A DNA stretch of 63,985 nucleotides, filler included, from Octopus bimaculoides (GCF_001194135.2; 4 parts of 4 records of this genome joined end to end with filler, not necessarily neighbours in it), one strand, 5' to 3'. Positions 12,892-24,561 are shown, counted from the whole stretch's first letter. Made by a program: numbers and translations. Notes: a model not told the origin generated them from the letters alone.

Positions 12892-12995
12892 GTTAGCGCC
12901 TATGGAATTGTTTTAGATTCCGTTTCTTTTACTCTTTTTTTTCACCGAACAATTCATGATTGTTGCTGCTGTTGTCGTTGTGGTTATCGATGATT

Positions 12996-13392
12996 GAGTA
13001 GAAAAAGGCATTCTGGAGACCATAGCGACTAAAGTGCTTGCGGCGTAACTGGACGTCGACCAATTCTTCATAGTGAAGTGCAAATATTGTGTTATCAGAG
13101 TTTGGATGCGTACTCTAAGATACAAGAGATCGAAAACTTCTCCATGGACTCGAGTGGCAGAGGCACAACGTTACCACTTGGGAACGGGTGCATGATACTA
13201 GATTCCCAGCAGGTATGTACGGCGTTTCTGCGTCGCTTTCTTCAACTGTTCGTTGGAAGACCGAGGTGAACTTTGCTGCTTATGTCGATGATCTTTCGCG
13301 ACTCTCGACTGAGGATTTGGAATTCTATGAAAGGCCGATAACAGCTGATAAAATACGGGAAGCGACGGTTGGATGTCAGAAGTTGAAGCCAC
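12996..13392 (+). mobile_element. Tx1/L1-like LINE ORF2 fragment (tether region before RT), degenerate
   Basis: GNGCMILDSQQVCTAF...DDLSRLSTEDLEFYERPITADKIREA..QKLKPLG resembles the L1/Tx1 PITxxEIxxA...KSPG segment; frameshifted. Confidence 0.65.
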
Positions 13393-13404
13393 TGGGGTTA
13401 GTTG

Positions 13405-13530
13405 TTTCCGCCGAGGTCAATTTTACCTTTCATTCTTTCGGAGTAGATAAAATACAATACCAGTCAAGTAATGATATCTATTAAACCTCACCAAATTTCA
13501 GGCCCTGTGCATAAATCAGAAATCCCTGTT
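13405..13530 (+). mobile_element. family B partial copy
   Basis: ttccgccgaggtcaattttacctttcattctttcgg...aaatttcaggccctgtgc matches the family B 3' half. Confidence 0.6.
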
Positions 13531-14092
13531 TTATATTATTATTCATGATTTGAGAAATAAATAGCTTTCCCTTTATTTTTTCATATTAAACTTCAAGTTT
13601 AATATGAAAAATGATGTGAGAGAATGATTTAATAATATCTGCAGATCGAAGATATGTTATTCTCAAGAATGTGCTTATGCCTGTTCACTCGTTGTCTTTA
13701 TATGTTCGTTCTCTCGTTCACTCCACAGAAGTGGTTCTATAGTGTTACAATGTATTGATTAAAAATGGAATGATGGATACATTTCTTAAACACCATAATT
13801 CTTTAATGCAATACTTAAGACGAATGTAATTCTTCGGCTTTTCATTTTGCTTTGCACAACATTATTAGTCATTCAATACTGTTCGGTTAATTAAGACACT
13901 ATTATCATTTTATCACGAAAAATTGATGTCAGGATTTATTACAAGCTATTTGGGGCTTAGTTCCAGGAAATCTTTCCAGTTCGTTTTCTCAGACGTCGAG
14001 AATGTGTTTAGTACAAGTATGAATAAACGTTAATAGCTGAAACTGGGCGGCCAGGCTTGTATAGACACTAATACAGCCTTGGACGCAGATAT

Positions 14093-14271
14093 GGCTGTGT
14101 GGTGAAGAAGTTCGAATTGTGACCACAAAGTTTCAAGTTCGATTCCAAAGCTTGACACATTAGACATGTATAAGTGCTTTCTACCATAGCCTGTAACTGA
14201 TGAATAACTTGTGAATATAAGTCGGTACATAGCAACTGAATACATCCCGAAATGAGCCTGTCATATCCGCA

Positions 14272-14306
<35 letters not shown>

Positions 14307-14485
14307 GTGTGTGTGTATGTGTGTGCGTCTTTGTACTTGTGTTCGTCCCCTACCACGGCTTGACAGTTTGTGTTGGCTTCTTTACATCCCAGTAACTTAG
14401 CGGTTCGTCAAAAGGGACCGATAGGATAAGTGCCAGGCTTAAAAACCCACTGGGGTTGATTTGTTCAACTGCAAGGTGGTACCCA
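14093..14485 (+). mobile_element. SINE family A, old full-length copy
   Basis: Head ggctgtgtggtgaagaag, internal (CA)n(TG)n at ~14272-14326, 3' half taacttagcggttcgtcaaaagggaccgatag. Confidence 0.7.
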
Positions 14486-14602
14486 TTATTACTTGTTCTT
14501 TGACCACCAAAAGCTGCAGTTAAGTTCTGATCTTTGTAGATCTTAAAATATCTTTTAAGGCCTCCATTAGGTTTATATATATGTATATATATATATATGT
14601 GC

Positions 14603-14640
<38 letters not shown>

Positions 14641-15954
14641 ATGCGCATGTGTGTGAATGTGTGTCTGTGTGGTTGTGTGTCATTTGTGAGTATTGTGTGT
14701 GTATGTGTAAGTATGTATCATTATCCGATGTGTATTGGCGGATGGTACAAACATCGGTGATACGAACCCCCGTACGACCGGCGCTTCACAAACGAAGCCC
14801 CTTTAGATATTTGTTCTGCATCTAGTTACAGACACGCCGTTTCCACTATCAATGTCAGCAATGCAATAAACTAATGATTGGGCGTTTAAACCTATAACCT
14901 ACGATGCTAATGTTCACAATTCTCGATTTTATGCAATATACAAAATAAGTATTCTTGAAGGAGGCTTATGATGGATAACCTGCTGTAAAATACAGGCGAT
15001 ATTATATATTTTATTGGAAATATAAATATTCCCTTCATAGTGATGAGTTGTGATTCCCTGTTTCTGTATGGAATTTTCCAGAATGCTGACACAGTTTCCA
15101 GTATGTAAAACATCCTCTTTTGCCATATGTTTGCCAATCAATTTTGGCTAAACTGGTTATTTATTCACAGCTTCCGTTCTAAAGTTACAATTCTTACTCT
15201 GCTTTATTGCATGTTTTTGTTAGTGTTTGATGGGAAGGTTTGAATTCTGATCGTGTTACGCAGCGATCAGAATCAGGGCCAAGTATCTTTTTTTATTCAT
15301 TCACTTTTTTTAGCAGTTTTTGCGAGTATTGCTCATGTAGGAGCTTTTCTTATCAAAGACTTAACTTGATGTTTTGTAGCTATGTTTAATTCTAAATTTA
15401 GTTTTTGAAATGGTTCTTTTGTCGTTTTCCCATTCTTCTCACAACTGTCTTTATCTAATCATTTCTTTTATATTTATCGGAAATAGTAGATAAATGTTTG
15501 CTTTTATATCTCATCTAATCTAGTTCGCTTCCAGTTGAACGTATTATGACAATAACTTATCCATGGAACTGATAAAGTATTGAAACCCATTTCGGTATTT
15601 CTTGTAAATGTGGCCATCATATTCTCCTTACCTTTCCTTTCATATACGTGTGCGTGCGTGTGTGTATATGTGTGTGTGCGTGTGTGCGTGTGTGTATCTC
15701 TTTGTGCATGTGTGTGCGTATCTCTGTGTGTATGTGTGTGTCATTTCTCTAACCTCTCATTTTTTAATTCTCTAATCTGTTTCTTTATGTCACATAATAT
15801 TGTTCTTTCATCTGTATTTCGTTTCGAAGATTCGTTTAGTGCTTTCCTTTCAAACCAAATTTCATACGCATTTCCCTTGAGCTCAAAAGGGAGATAAGAA
15901 GAGAGGGGATGAAACTGAATCATTTTTACATAAGATATAGAAATATGAAGACAC

Positions 15955-16060
15955 GGAGTGGCCTAGTGGTTAGGGTGTTACACTTACGATCTGACGATCG
16001 TGGATTCGATTTCCAGACTGGGTGATGTGTTGTGTTCTTGAGCAAAGCACTTCATTTCAC
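15955..16060 (+). mobile_element. tRNA-head SINE fragment with V/CORE-like block
   Basis: A box tggcctagtggtt, B box ggattcgatttcc, then gtgttcttgagcaaagcacttcatttcac. Confidence 0.7.
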
Positions 16061-16094
16061 TTCATTACCAAGGAATAAACCCAACGTTTCCATT

Positions 16095-16430
16095 GCCTGT
16101 CGTATAAGGCGACTAAAAGGAGTTGAGGTATGATTTGCACTCCGTCCTCGTAAAACCCTCACCAGAAACGATTACTCAAAACAGGCCTGAGTGTCGGAGA
16201 GTTGTCGCCTGAGTGGTGCATCCTCCAGGTGTAACTAGTTATCACCAACAAATGGTGGATGCAGCAACGTGGTGTTTAGCGTATGCTCTCATCTTACTGC
16301 TACTGTTTCTACCCAGACAAATGGATGAAAACAACCAAAAATATATGGAGGCCAGGCCACAGAAAATAATTGCTAAATCATATATCTAAAAATGATCTAA
16401 ATCTTGCTGTAATGGAACGTATTGGGGAGA
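16095..16430 (+). mobile_element. Possible RTE-type LINE 5' region / Meta(MESC)-like motif
   Basis: gcctgtcgtataaggcgactaaaagg at 16095-16120 (motif recalled from RTE 5' ends and Meta/MESC SINE cores); ends in codons ..ERIG, compatible with an xRIGTWNV endonuclease start. Confidence 0.35.
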
Positions 16431-16510
16431 GTTAAAACTTCTAACATCATAGAATCAGCACGTGAGTTTTAATCCGTGATTTTATCTAACAGCAGACTAA
16501 ATATATTTTA

Positions 16511-16990
16511 ATATATCAAGTATACCACAAAGGCTTCGAGTTGGCAGAATCGTTAGCACGCCAGACAACAATGCCTAGCAGCATTTTTTCTTTCTTCCCG
16601 TTCTGAGTTCAAATTCTGCCGAGGTCGGTTTACCTTTGAACTCTCTTGGGTCGATAGAATAAGCACTTGTTGAGTACTGGGGTTGATGTAATCGTCTTAT
16701 TCCTTCCCCTGAAATTGTTGACCTTGTACTAAAATTTGAAACCAATATATCAAGTATATTACGAAGATGTTGAGCTTGCAGAATCGTTAGCACGCCGGGC
16801 ACACTGCTTAGCAGCATTTCGTTCGTCTTAACGTTCTGCGTTCAAAATCCGCCGAAGTCGACTTTGCCTTTCATCCTTTAGGGGTGGATAAAATAAGTAC
16901 CAACTGAGTACTGGAGTCAATGTCATCGACTTACCCACTACCCCGAAATTGCTCTGGTCTTGTGCCAAAATTTGAAACCTATATATCTAA
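16511..16990 (+). repeat. Tandem dimer of family B plus flank (period ~235 bp)
   Basis: atatatcaag/atatatctaa boundary at 16511, 16745 and 16981; both units contain cagaatcgttagcacgcc...aaatttgaaacc. Confidence 0.8.
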
Positions 16991-18669
16991 GACACCCTCA
17001 CTTCAAAACGTCGTGCAGTGAGAAATACACTTGTCTTATTGCTCGAAGCTTTAGGGTAAGAATATTTACAACGGACTAAATTCGGGGTAGGGAGCGAAAC
17101 AGGAAGTTTTAGCTTTTATTCCTATATTTATATATATATAGATAATGAGTTTGAGTATTTTGAGAGAAACAGTCAACACTGAAATTCGAACTTCGAATGC
17201 AGACTTAATACGTCAGGAAACTACCACTTCACATAACGTCTTTCACCGCTAGCCAATAAGGGAGCCATTACATGGTTTCGATGCTTGCTAGAAATAACAG
17301 CCACATCTTTCAAACAAGACGACCGTGTTTTTTATTAAAAAAAAAAAAATCCACGTTGGGTAAATTAGTTTTAGATATGCTATATTTAAAAAGTGATGGG
17401 GAGTTGTCTATTGTTATGCTTTCAATATGGCTGACTTGGGACTAAGCAATAAACACAACAACCCCGACGATATCGACGACGTTCCCCATATTTCCAGATA
17501 CAGAAATGAATATCTTTTATTGCAGTAGCGTGTCTTCTATAGAGATAGTTTGCATTTTATTGTGGAGTCTATAGAGAAATAAGATGTCTATAAAAATTCT
17601 ATAAAATGTTTACATCAGAACGAGAGAAAATATGTCACCAACTACACCAGATCTAATGAAACAGGATGTCTGTAAGAATATTGCGAAATTGTTTACAACT
17701 GGACAAGAAAAATATGCCATAATTATCATTCCTATGCAGCAAGGCTATATACAAATTATACAGAATAAAAAAGTAACCACGATTCTATGATTATTACACG
17801 AAAAAAAAAATAAATGCAGTAGTCATTCAGCTAACTGCTATTTACTTTCTTTATATGACAAACTCCAATTTATACTGTGAAAGAAGAGTCAATTTTCTAC
17901 TTTTAAAATAGGTAAATTGAGATATCTATAATTTTATTCAGCTACGGTCGGCGTATGTGATACTTTAACTATGGAACCAAATAGAAGGCATAATCTATTC
18001 TACATATAACATTTGTATTATTTGACATACTGATAAGCTATGGAACGAAGTCAATGATATAATGTATTATTGACACATTCATATTATCGATATTATTCGT
18101 AAGACAACTCAGTGAGTCAGTTCCTGTACTTTGTTCACTGAGACTGTACGTTCAAGTGAAGCCCCAAGCACATTTCTGTGATATGATAATAAGAATGTAG
18201 CACAGCGTATCATGATATTTTGAAGATTTATCCAGGCAGTCATATTACGTCTACGATTTTGTTCCATAGTTACATATAGTTCCTTCGTTTACATTATTTC
18301 TTCACATAAAGATAAGAATAATAGATAGCGATTCTTAAGGTAAGTAGTGGCGATATGTATATATGTATATATATATATATATGTAAATGATAGGCTTGCC
18401 TCAATCCTTCAGGGGTAGTCTGAAGCATCCAAGCAACCAGGGGATGTTTAAATTCGGAGGCACTCCTGGGAATCACCTGTGCGGGTACCGTCTTGGTTAG
18501 AGGGCATCCAGAGGCAGGTAATTTACTGTTTAAACCGTAGTTTATAATTATATTTATGTGGAAAATGGAGCAACAAATACAAGAAGAAGCAATTCTGTTG
18601 GGCTAGTTAGCCATTGTTTTATTATGTGGAGGTTATGTAATGAGTCATTGTGGATGTTATGTAATTAGT

Positions 18670-18721
18670 CATTTACGCACGTTTCAATCTGGCCGATGGT
18701 TTGGCAGATCTCTTCAGAATG
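18670..18721 (-). ncRNA. Type I minimal hammerhead ribozyme motif
   Basis: Minus strand: CATT-CTGAAGA-GATCTGCCAAACCATCGGCCAGATT-GAAA-CGTGCG-TA-AATG; core intact. Confidence 0.75.
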
Positions 18722-18922
18722 TTGATGAGTATGTTAAGAATTCATGGTGTGAGAGATGTAGGAGAAGTGATTAGTGGATATATTAATGTATTAATATATG
18801 TTAAGAGTTCATGGTGTGAGAGATGTAGGAGAAGTGATTAGTGGATATATTAATACATTGATATATCCACTAATCACTTCTCCTACATCTCTCACACCAT
18901 GAACTCTTAACATACTCTTCAA

Positions 18923-18974
18923 CATTCTGAAGAGATCTGCCAAACCATTGGCCAGATTGAAACGTGCGTAAATG
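18923..18974 (+). ncRNA. Type I minimal hammerhead ribozyme motif
   Basis: CATT (helix I) CTGAAGA, helix II gATCTG.CCAA-acca-TTGG.CAGATt, GAAA, helix III ACG-tg-CGT, GUA cleavage triplet (cut after 18970), AATG (helix I). Confidence 0.8.
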
Positions 18975-19082
18975 ACTAATTACATAACATCCACAATGAC
19001 TCATTACATAACCTCCACATAATAAAACAATGGCTAACTAGCCCAACGGAATTGCTTCTTCTTGTATTTGTTGCTCCATTCT

Positions 19083-19167
<85 letters not shown>

Positions 19168-19469
19168 ATATGATTATAAAAATATAATTATAATTAAGGG
19201 CGCTGGAATGCCAGTGCCTACACGCTACAAGTAGATGTCAATTACCTAAAGTCCACTCTAAATTTGTTCTCTATTTATTACCCCAGGTCGAATGCGAGGT
19301 AATGAGCAAGAAGATTTACAAAATTTCGGATAATCCTATATCCTAAGATTTCATGCCCTGTAATAAAGATTATTTTGCAATCCTCAGTAGAGATACACCG
19401 ACAAATATATAAGCGAAAAATACATATACAGGGTGCTACATAAGGACAGATTTATGGTTTAAAAAAAAA

Positions 19470-19700
19470 CGCTTAAGTCCGGGCAAGGTTGTTTATGAAA
19501 GACCAGCAGTCGCCCATGCATACCAGCCTTCCCTCTCCACGCCACCAATGTTATCCAAGGGAAAGGCAAAGGCTAATACAGCTTGGCACCAGTGATGTCA
19601 CGACTCATTGCTACAGTTGAGATAAACTGGGGACAACATGATATAAAGGGTCTTGCCCAAGAACACAACATACAGCCCGGTCCGAGAATCGTACTCATTA
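19470..19700 (-). mobile_element. SINE body with V-like block (different family)
   Basis: Minus strand tgtgttcttgggcaagacc... after a degenerate B-box-like gagtacgattctcggacc. Confidence 0.55.
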
Positions 19701-20889
19701 CTTCAAAAGAGTATAGTTTTCATATATGTTCTTTCTGCTAATATGATATTACTCCTATGAATGTTTCATTAACTAAAGAAACAAACACTAGAAAAAATAC
19801 GATTTCGAAAGAAATTAAGTATTTCATCGTTTTCTATAAATTCACAATAATCTTATAGTTTTTAAACTAGCCGTGTAATTTCAACTGGTGCTGAGTTCAA
19901 TCATTTGTCTATCTGTGCTGCATTAAACCTGTAAATATAATGTTTTGATGCAATATTTATAAGATATCTAAGCTTTAACAGGATTAAGGTAACTTAAAAC
20001 CATGACATTTAGAAGTAGGAAGGAAGCAGAAACATCTCATATTGTTATGAAAGGATTTCTGCAAACCATTTATCATTTAAAGCTTTCTGCTAAGTATTCA
20101 CGACCCCACCAAAAAGAATGACACATACTTAAACAAGACTCAGATCCGTTTCGGAGAAAAATCTTTTGTTAGATGCGAGATCACAGAGATCAAGTGGTTG
20201 AAACGAAGATCGCTTTCTGAAGGGTATAAAAGCTTCGAAAAGGAAGCGGATTGTCTTCGGTTAGCTTTTAAGCCTTGCACTCTGAAGAACACTATTAATA
20301 TCTACCCCCCACCCACATATTTGTAGAACATTCTCATCAAAAGTTTTACTAGGTGCAAGCAATACAGACCTGAAATAATTATTTGGAATAGAAAATGGAA
20401 GTCATGCATAGTCATGAAGTTAGCTGCCCTGCTAATATGAACATCTCTTCTAAAACCAGCGAGAAGGAGGATTTCTATAGACAACTTTATAAAGGTGCAG
20501 CTCCTCTATTCTGATTAAAAATTTATATTTATACCAATAGTCACTATTGCATTTGGTTATGTTTATCAGCAGCTTGTAAAAGCTAGGATATTCAAACAAA
20601 GAAAGAGACCGGCTGGCATAAACTTTTAGTGCAGGAGTAAAAATATTCAAGACTTTCTTAAAGTTCGAAATGCAATTTTTATTGTTATTGTTATTCAAAT
20701 TCAGCAACGTAGCTGTTCTTTTGTTATAAACAAGCCTCTTCCCTCTAAGAAGAATTCTAACAAACACAAAACACAGTGAAGAAACATATATACATGCATA
20801 CGTACTTACATATACATACATACATACATGCATACGTACATACATGCATACATACATATGTCCCGGAATAAATAAACGATTGTCCTGGA

Positions 20890-21310
20890 ATAAATATAGA
20901 GTATCAGTCTGGACAAACCATCCGCATGCCCTAGTTTTTTTTGACGGTAAATGTTACATCTTCTAGTCATAATTCAATAATGTAGTGCCCCGTCGCTGTG
21001 TGTTGGCATTCCTTTTTTTAGAACCGTACATTGACAGTAGTGGGCGATGATCCGTTTGTAGACAGAAACTTCTTCCATGAATAAATTTGTGTAATTTTTT
21101 ACACACCGAATATAATTGCTAACGCTTCTTTTTCTATCTGATTATGGTTCCTTTCAGCTGGTCATAACGATCGTGACGCATGGGCTTTAGCCTTTTTACT
21201 CCCATCGTCATATTTGTGCAGAAGCACGGCTCCTAATCACTCGCATCTGTAGCCAATATAATATCGAATTTTGGATCAAAATGCATTAACGATAAGTCCG
21301 ATGTTAAAAT
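20890..21310 (-). pseudogene. Gypsy RNase H remnant
   Basis: IILATDAS..., QIEKEALAIIFGV, TDHRPL, LGHADGLSRL motifs. Confidence 0.9.
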
Positions 21311-21399
21311 GCTTTTTAACTCGTCAAATGCCTTCTGGCACTTACCAGTCCAAAACCATTTTGTATTTTTCTTTAACAGATCATTGAACGGGGCCCTTA

Positions 21400-22080
21400 C
21401 ATTAAGTATATTGGGAATGTAAATTTGATAACTTACTAAACCCCCAAAATGCTTGTAGCATAGTCACATTATTCGGCGTGGGAATAAATTTTATCGCTGT
21501 AGCTCTGGATGGATCTTTTCCGTCCGTTTTTATCTATTATCTGACCCAAGTATTTAACTCTTTTCATAAAGGACTCGCATTTTTCTCCCGTTAATTTGAA
21601 CTCGTATTCTCTTATCTTCTCGAATACCCTTTTAACGTGTTCTACATGTTGTTCATGTGATTCACTTTTTATTAGAATATCGTCTAAATAGGCGATAGCA
21701 AAATTGCAGTCACTTTTACAACGAAGGAAAGCTGCTTAAATTTAAATAAGCCACAGTGTGTATTGATGGTTAATAAATGTGATCACTATTCTTCTACTTG
21801 GATTTGTAGATAAGTCTCGGAGAGGTCTAATTTTGAGAAGAATTTCCCTCCATTCAATTTTGCAAGCACTTCCTCAGAACTCGGCAATGAGTAGTTATGT
21901 GAGATTAAGTAGTCATTCGAACCTGTCAAAAAATCTGCCCTAACTCTTAACTTGTTATTTTTCTTTTTTATGTAGACCGTAGGTACTGCCAGGCTAAGTG
22001 GTCCGTCTTCTCGATTATTCCTAAGCTTTCGAGTCTTTCAATTTCATTGTATATCTAGTCTATTGTCGTAAAAGGTACAT
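21400..22080 (-). pseudogene. Gypsy reverse transcriptase remnant
   Basis: KLRVRADF, FSKLDLSETYLQI, LTINTHCGLF, AYLDDILI (YLDD at 21679-21690); the segment just before YLDD is deleted. Confidence 0.9.
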
Positions 22081-22199
22081 TACATGTTGCACTTTGTTTT
22101 ACTGCAAATCTTGTCTTTGGTTCCGTGCAAAAGCTCATTTCTCCGAGAAAACCCGGAAATAAATGTTTCATTTTTTTGTTTCAGTCCCTCAGCCGCATT

Positions 22200-22530
22200 C
22201 GAACCTTCGACTGAACCGACTATATTCCCACATAAAACACTCATGGGCGTATTCCACAATTTGAATATTTCCATCTACTTTGTGCCGAATAGATTAACTG
22301 ATTTTTTTAACACATATGTTTTTGCCGTTTTCGTTTGGACACGAACTGTTACGTTACACACAAATTCACCGACAAAATACAGTCTTTTACCCATAACACC
22401 GTGTGCTACTTTTGTAAATTTACTTAATTTCAGCTTACCGACACACTTCCAAGTTTTTTTCGTTCACAATGGTAATATCACTTCCAGTGTCTAACTGCAT
22501 TTTTACTCTTTTTTTTAATTTTCACATTTA
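22200..22530 (-). pseudogene. Gypsy aspartic protease remnant
   Basis: MQLDTGSDITIVN (LDTG at 22483-22494), then a frameshift. Confidence 0.85.
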
Positions 22531-22559
22531 CGAATTTTCTTTTTGATATATTACCATTT

Positions 22560-23414
22560 TCTTTCGACGACATTCTGTTCATTCTTTTTCCTTTGTTCCA
22601 ACGTTTTGTCATCTTACTTTAACAGTGTGCTTTTACGTGTCCAGTTTTTCCACAACGGAAGCATTCCGCCTTCTTAAATGGACAGTTTTTCCTCAGGTGT
22701 AGACCTCCAAGTGTAAAACATGACTTTATTTCCTGATTCTTGTCCTGTTTGTACTGTATTTTAGTACACACTTGATTTCTATTCTGCCTAATTCGCATTT
22801 GTTTCACTTGGGAGCAATTGTTATGTTCAATTTTCTCTGAGTCGAGTCATAAATTTACCATTCTTTCACACTCTTCTGACACTTGTAAGTTTACAGCTTG
22901 GTTTTGTTCCAGCTTAGCGAGAATTCTTGTTCTTACTTTTGCGACTTTCTCTGTAGTTAATTCCTGAGTAAATATCAGGCACTTGAACACATCTGGCTTT
23001 AATTTGTCCAGTTTGAACTTTTCACATTCCCTGTTAACTCTACCAGCATATGTGATATAGTCCACCTCGTTGTTCTTTTCTAGATTCAAACATTTTAAAC
23101 GTCTGTTGAACAATGAGCTTTTCTCACTAAAAAGTTTACTCAATATGTTTATTGTATATTTAAAGTTTATATCCTTCGTTTGGTTCTTATCGAGTTCGCA
23201 ACAAAATCTGGCGAGAACATTTTTCAGCATTTCCTAACGACTTATTCTTCATTAATTGCAGCATCTGTTGCTATAACAGTAATTGTTGTCGCTTTTGCTG
23301 CTGCTGCTGCTATTGTTGTAGCTTCTACTGTAGTTCTTGCAGTTGCAGTTGCTCTTTCAGTCGCTGTTGTTGCTGTTTTTGCAACTCGAGTAAACCGGAC
23401 AACGAATTTCCCAT
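22560..23414 (-). pseudogene. Gypsy gag remnant with Q-rich N-terminus and two zinc knuckles
   Basis: ATG at 23414 (MGNSLSGLLELQKQQQQ...); SLFNRRLKCLNL...DYITYAGRVNRECEKF...FKCLIF; knuckles (C)FTLGGLHLRKNC (degenerate) and CFRCGKTGHVKAHC. Confidence 0.85.
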
Positions 23415-23488
23415 AATTTTACGATTTTTTTCCGTAAAACTCGCAAAAAAGAATGACTTTTGTGAGGTTGCTAATTCCTTGTCATCCC

Positions 23489-23691
23489 TGTTGTAATCCT
23501 TAATGTCGGATTGTTATAACGCCCACTCCGGTATAGCAATATAGTTAGAAAGACAAGTAAAACCACGACTATCTATGACCGTTTACTTCGTACTCTCTCT
23601 TTATACTGACCGACGTCACCTTATTTATAGCGAGTAATACATACCACTCGTCACGTAGGAAGGGTGTACTATTATTACTATTATCCCCACA
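23489..23691 (-). repeat. 5' LTR (~203 bp, TGT...ACA)
   Basis: Minus strand begins tgtgggga and ends gattacaaca, contains TATAAA, and is followed by a degenerate PBS-like gggatgacaagga. Confidence 0.65.
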
Positions 23692-23965
23692 ATAGGTTTC
23701 CATAAAAATAAATCAACCAGCTAACATATACATTCTAGGTATAGTCTGTAAGCGGAACAGTAAATATATGCAAGATTTTCACAAGTTAAAAAAATGTGTC
23801 ATTGCTTTTTTTAACTACGTTCCAACGATAGAGATTTGTATCTTTAATAGAAACCAATTCCTTCCTTAAATGAAGAATTCAAATAATTAAAAACAGAAGG
23901 GAACATACATAAGTTGACCCCAACGGTATTCGAGCTAAAAAGGCAGAGATGAAGAACGAACACTG

Positions 23966-24136
23966 TGAGGCAGGCGCGGTTGCGTGGTAAGGAGCTTGCT
24001 TCCCTACACCATGGTTCCCGCTTCAGTCCCACTGTGTGGCACCTTGAGCAAGTGTCTTCTACTACAGCCTCGGGCCGACCAAAACCTTGTGAGTGGATTT
24101 GGTAGACGGAAACAGAAAGAAGCCCGTCATATATAT
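23966..24136 (+). mobile_element. SINE family A, 5' half
   Basis: gcgcggttgcgtggtaaggagcttgcttccc...ggcaccttgagcaagtgtcttcta...gaagcccgtc then (TA)n and a gap. Confidence 0.85.
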
Positions 24137-24561
24137 NNNNNNNNNNNNNNNNNNNNNNNNNNNNNNNNNNNNNNNNNNNNNNNNNNNNNNNNNNNNNNNN
24201 NNNNNNNNNNNNNNNNNNNNNNNNNNNNNNNNNNNNNNNNNNNNNNNNNNNNNNNNNNNNNNNNNNNNNNNNNNNNNNNNNNNNNNNNNNNNNNNNNNNN
24301 NNNNNNNNNNNNNNNNNNNNNNNNNNNNNNNNNNNNNNNNNNNNNNNNNNNNNNNNNNNNNNNNNNNNNNNNNNNNNNNNNNNNNNNNNNNNNNNNNNNN
24401 NNNNNNNNNNNNNNNNNNNNNNNNNNNNNNNNNNNNNNNNNNNNNNNNNNNNNNNNNNNNNNNNNNNNNNNNNNNNNNNNNNNNNNNNNNNNNNNNNNNN
24501 NNNNNNNNNNNNNNNNNNNNNNNNNNNNNNNNNNNNNNNNNNNNNNNNNNNNNNNNNNNNN

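Larger units (their letters stand above)
18557..19087. mobile_element. Fold-back of two head-to-head Penelope-like pLTRs (arms ~231 bp)
   Basis: Left arm is the reverse complement of the right arm with only a few mismatches; 2-nt loop at 18855-18856; extra 67-bp duplication 18730-18796; hammerhead in each arm. Confidence 0.8.
20870..23691 (-). mobile_element. Ty3/Gypsy (Mag-clade-like) retrotransposon, 3'-truncated and decayed
   Basis: LTR, PBS-like site, gag, protease, RT and RNase H in canonical order; many stops and frameshifts; no integrase or 3' LTR. Confidence 0.92.

Noticed and set aside
15244-15273. 10-bp hairpin as a Helitron 3' end
   Set aside because: No downstream CTRR and no other element features.
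17619-17671. Putative exon NERKYVTNYTRSNETGC
   Set aside because: Weak acceptor, no partner exon, and no recognisable family.
20450-20857. 135-aa minus-strand ORF
   Set aside because: Starts in a microsatellite, shows no motif, and roughly one ORF of this length is expected by chance in the window.
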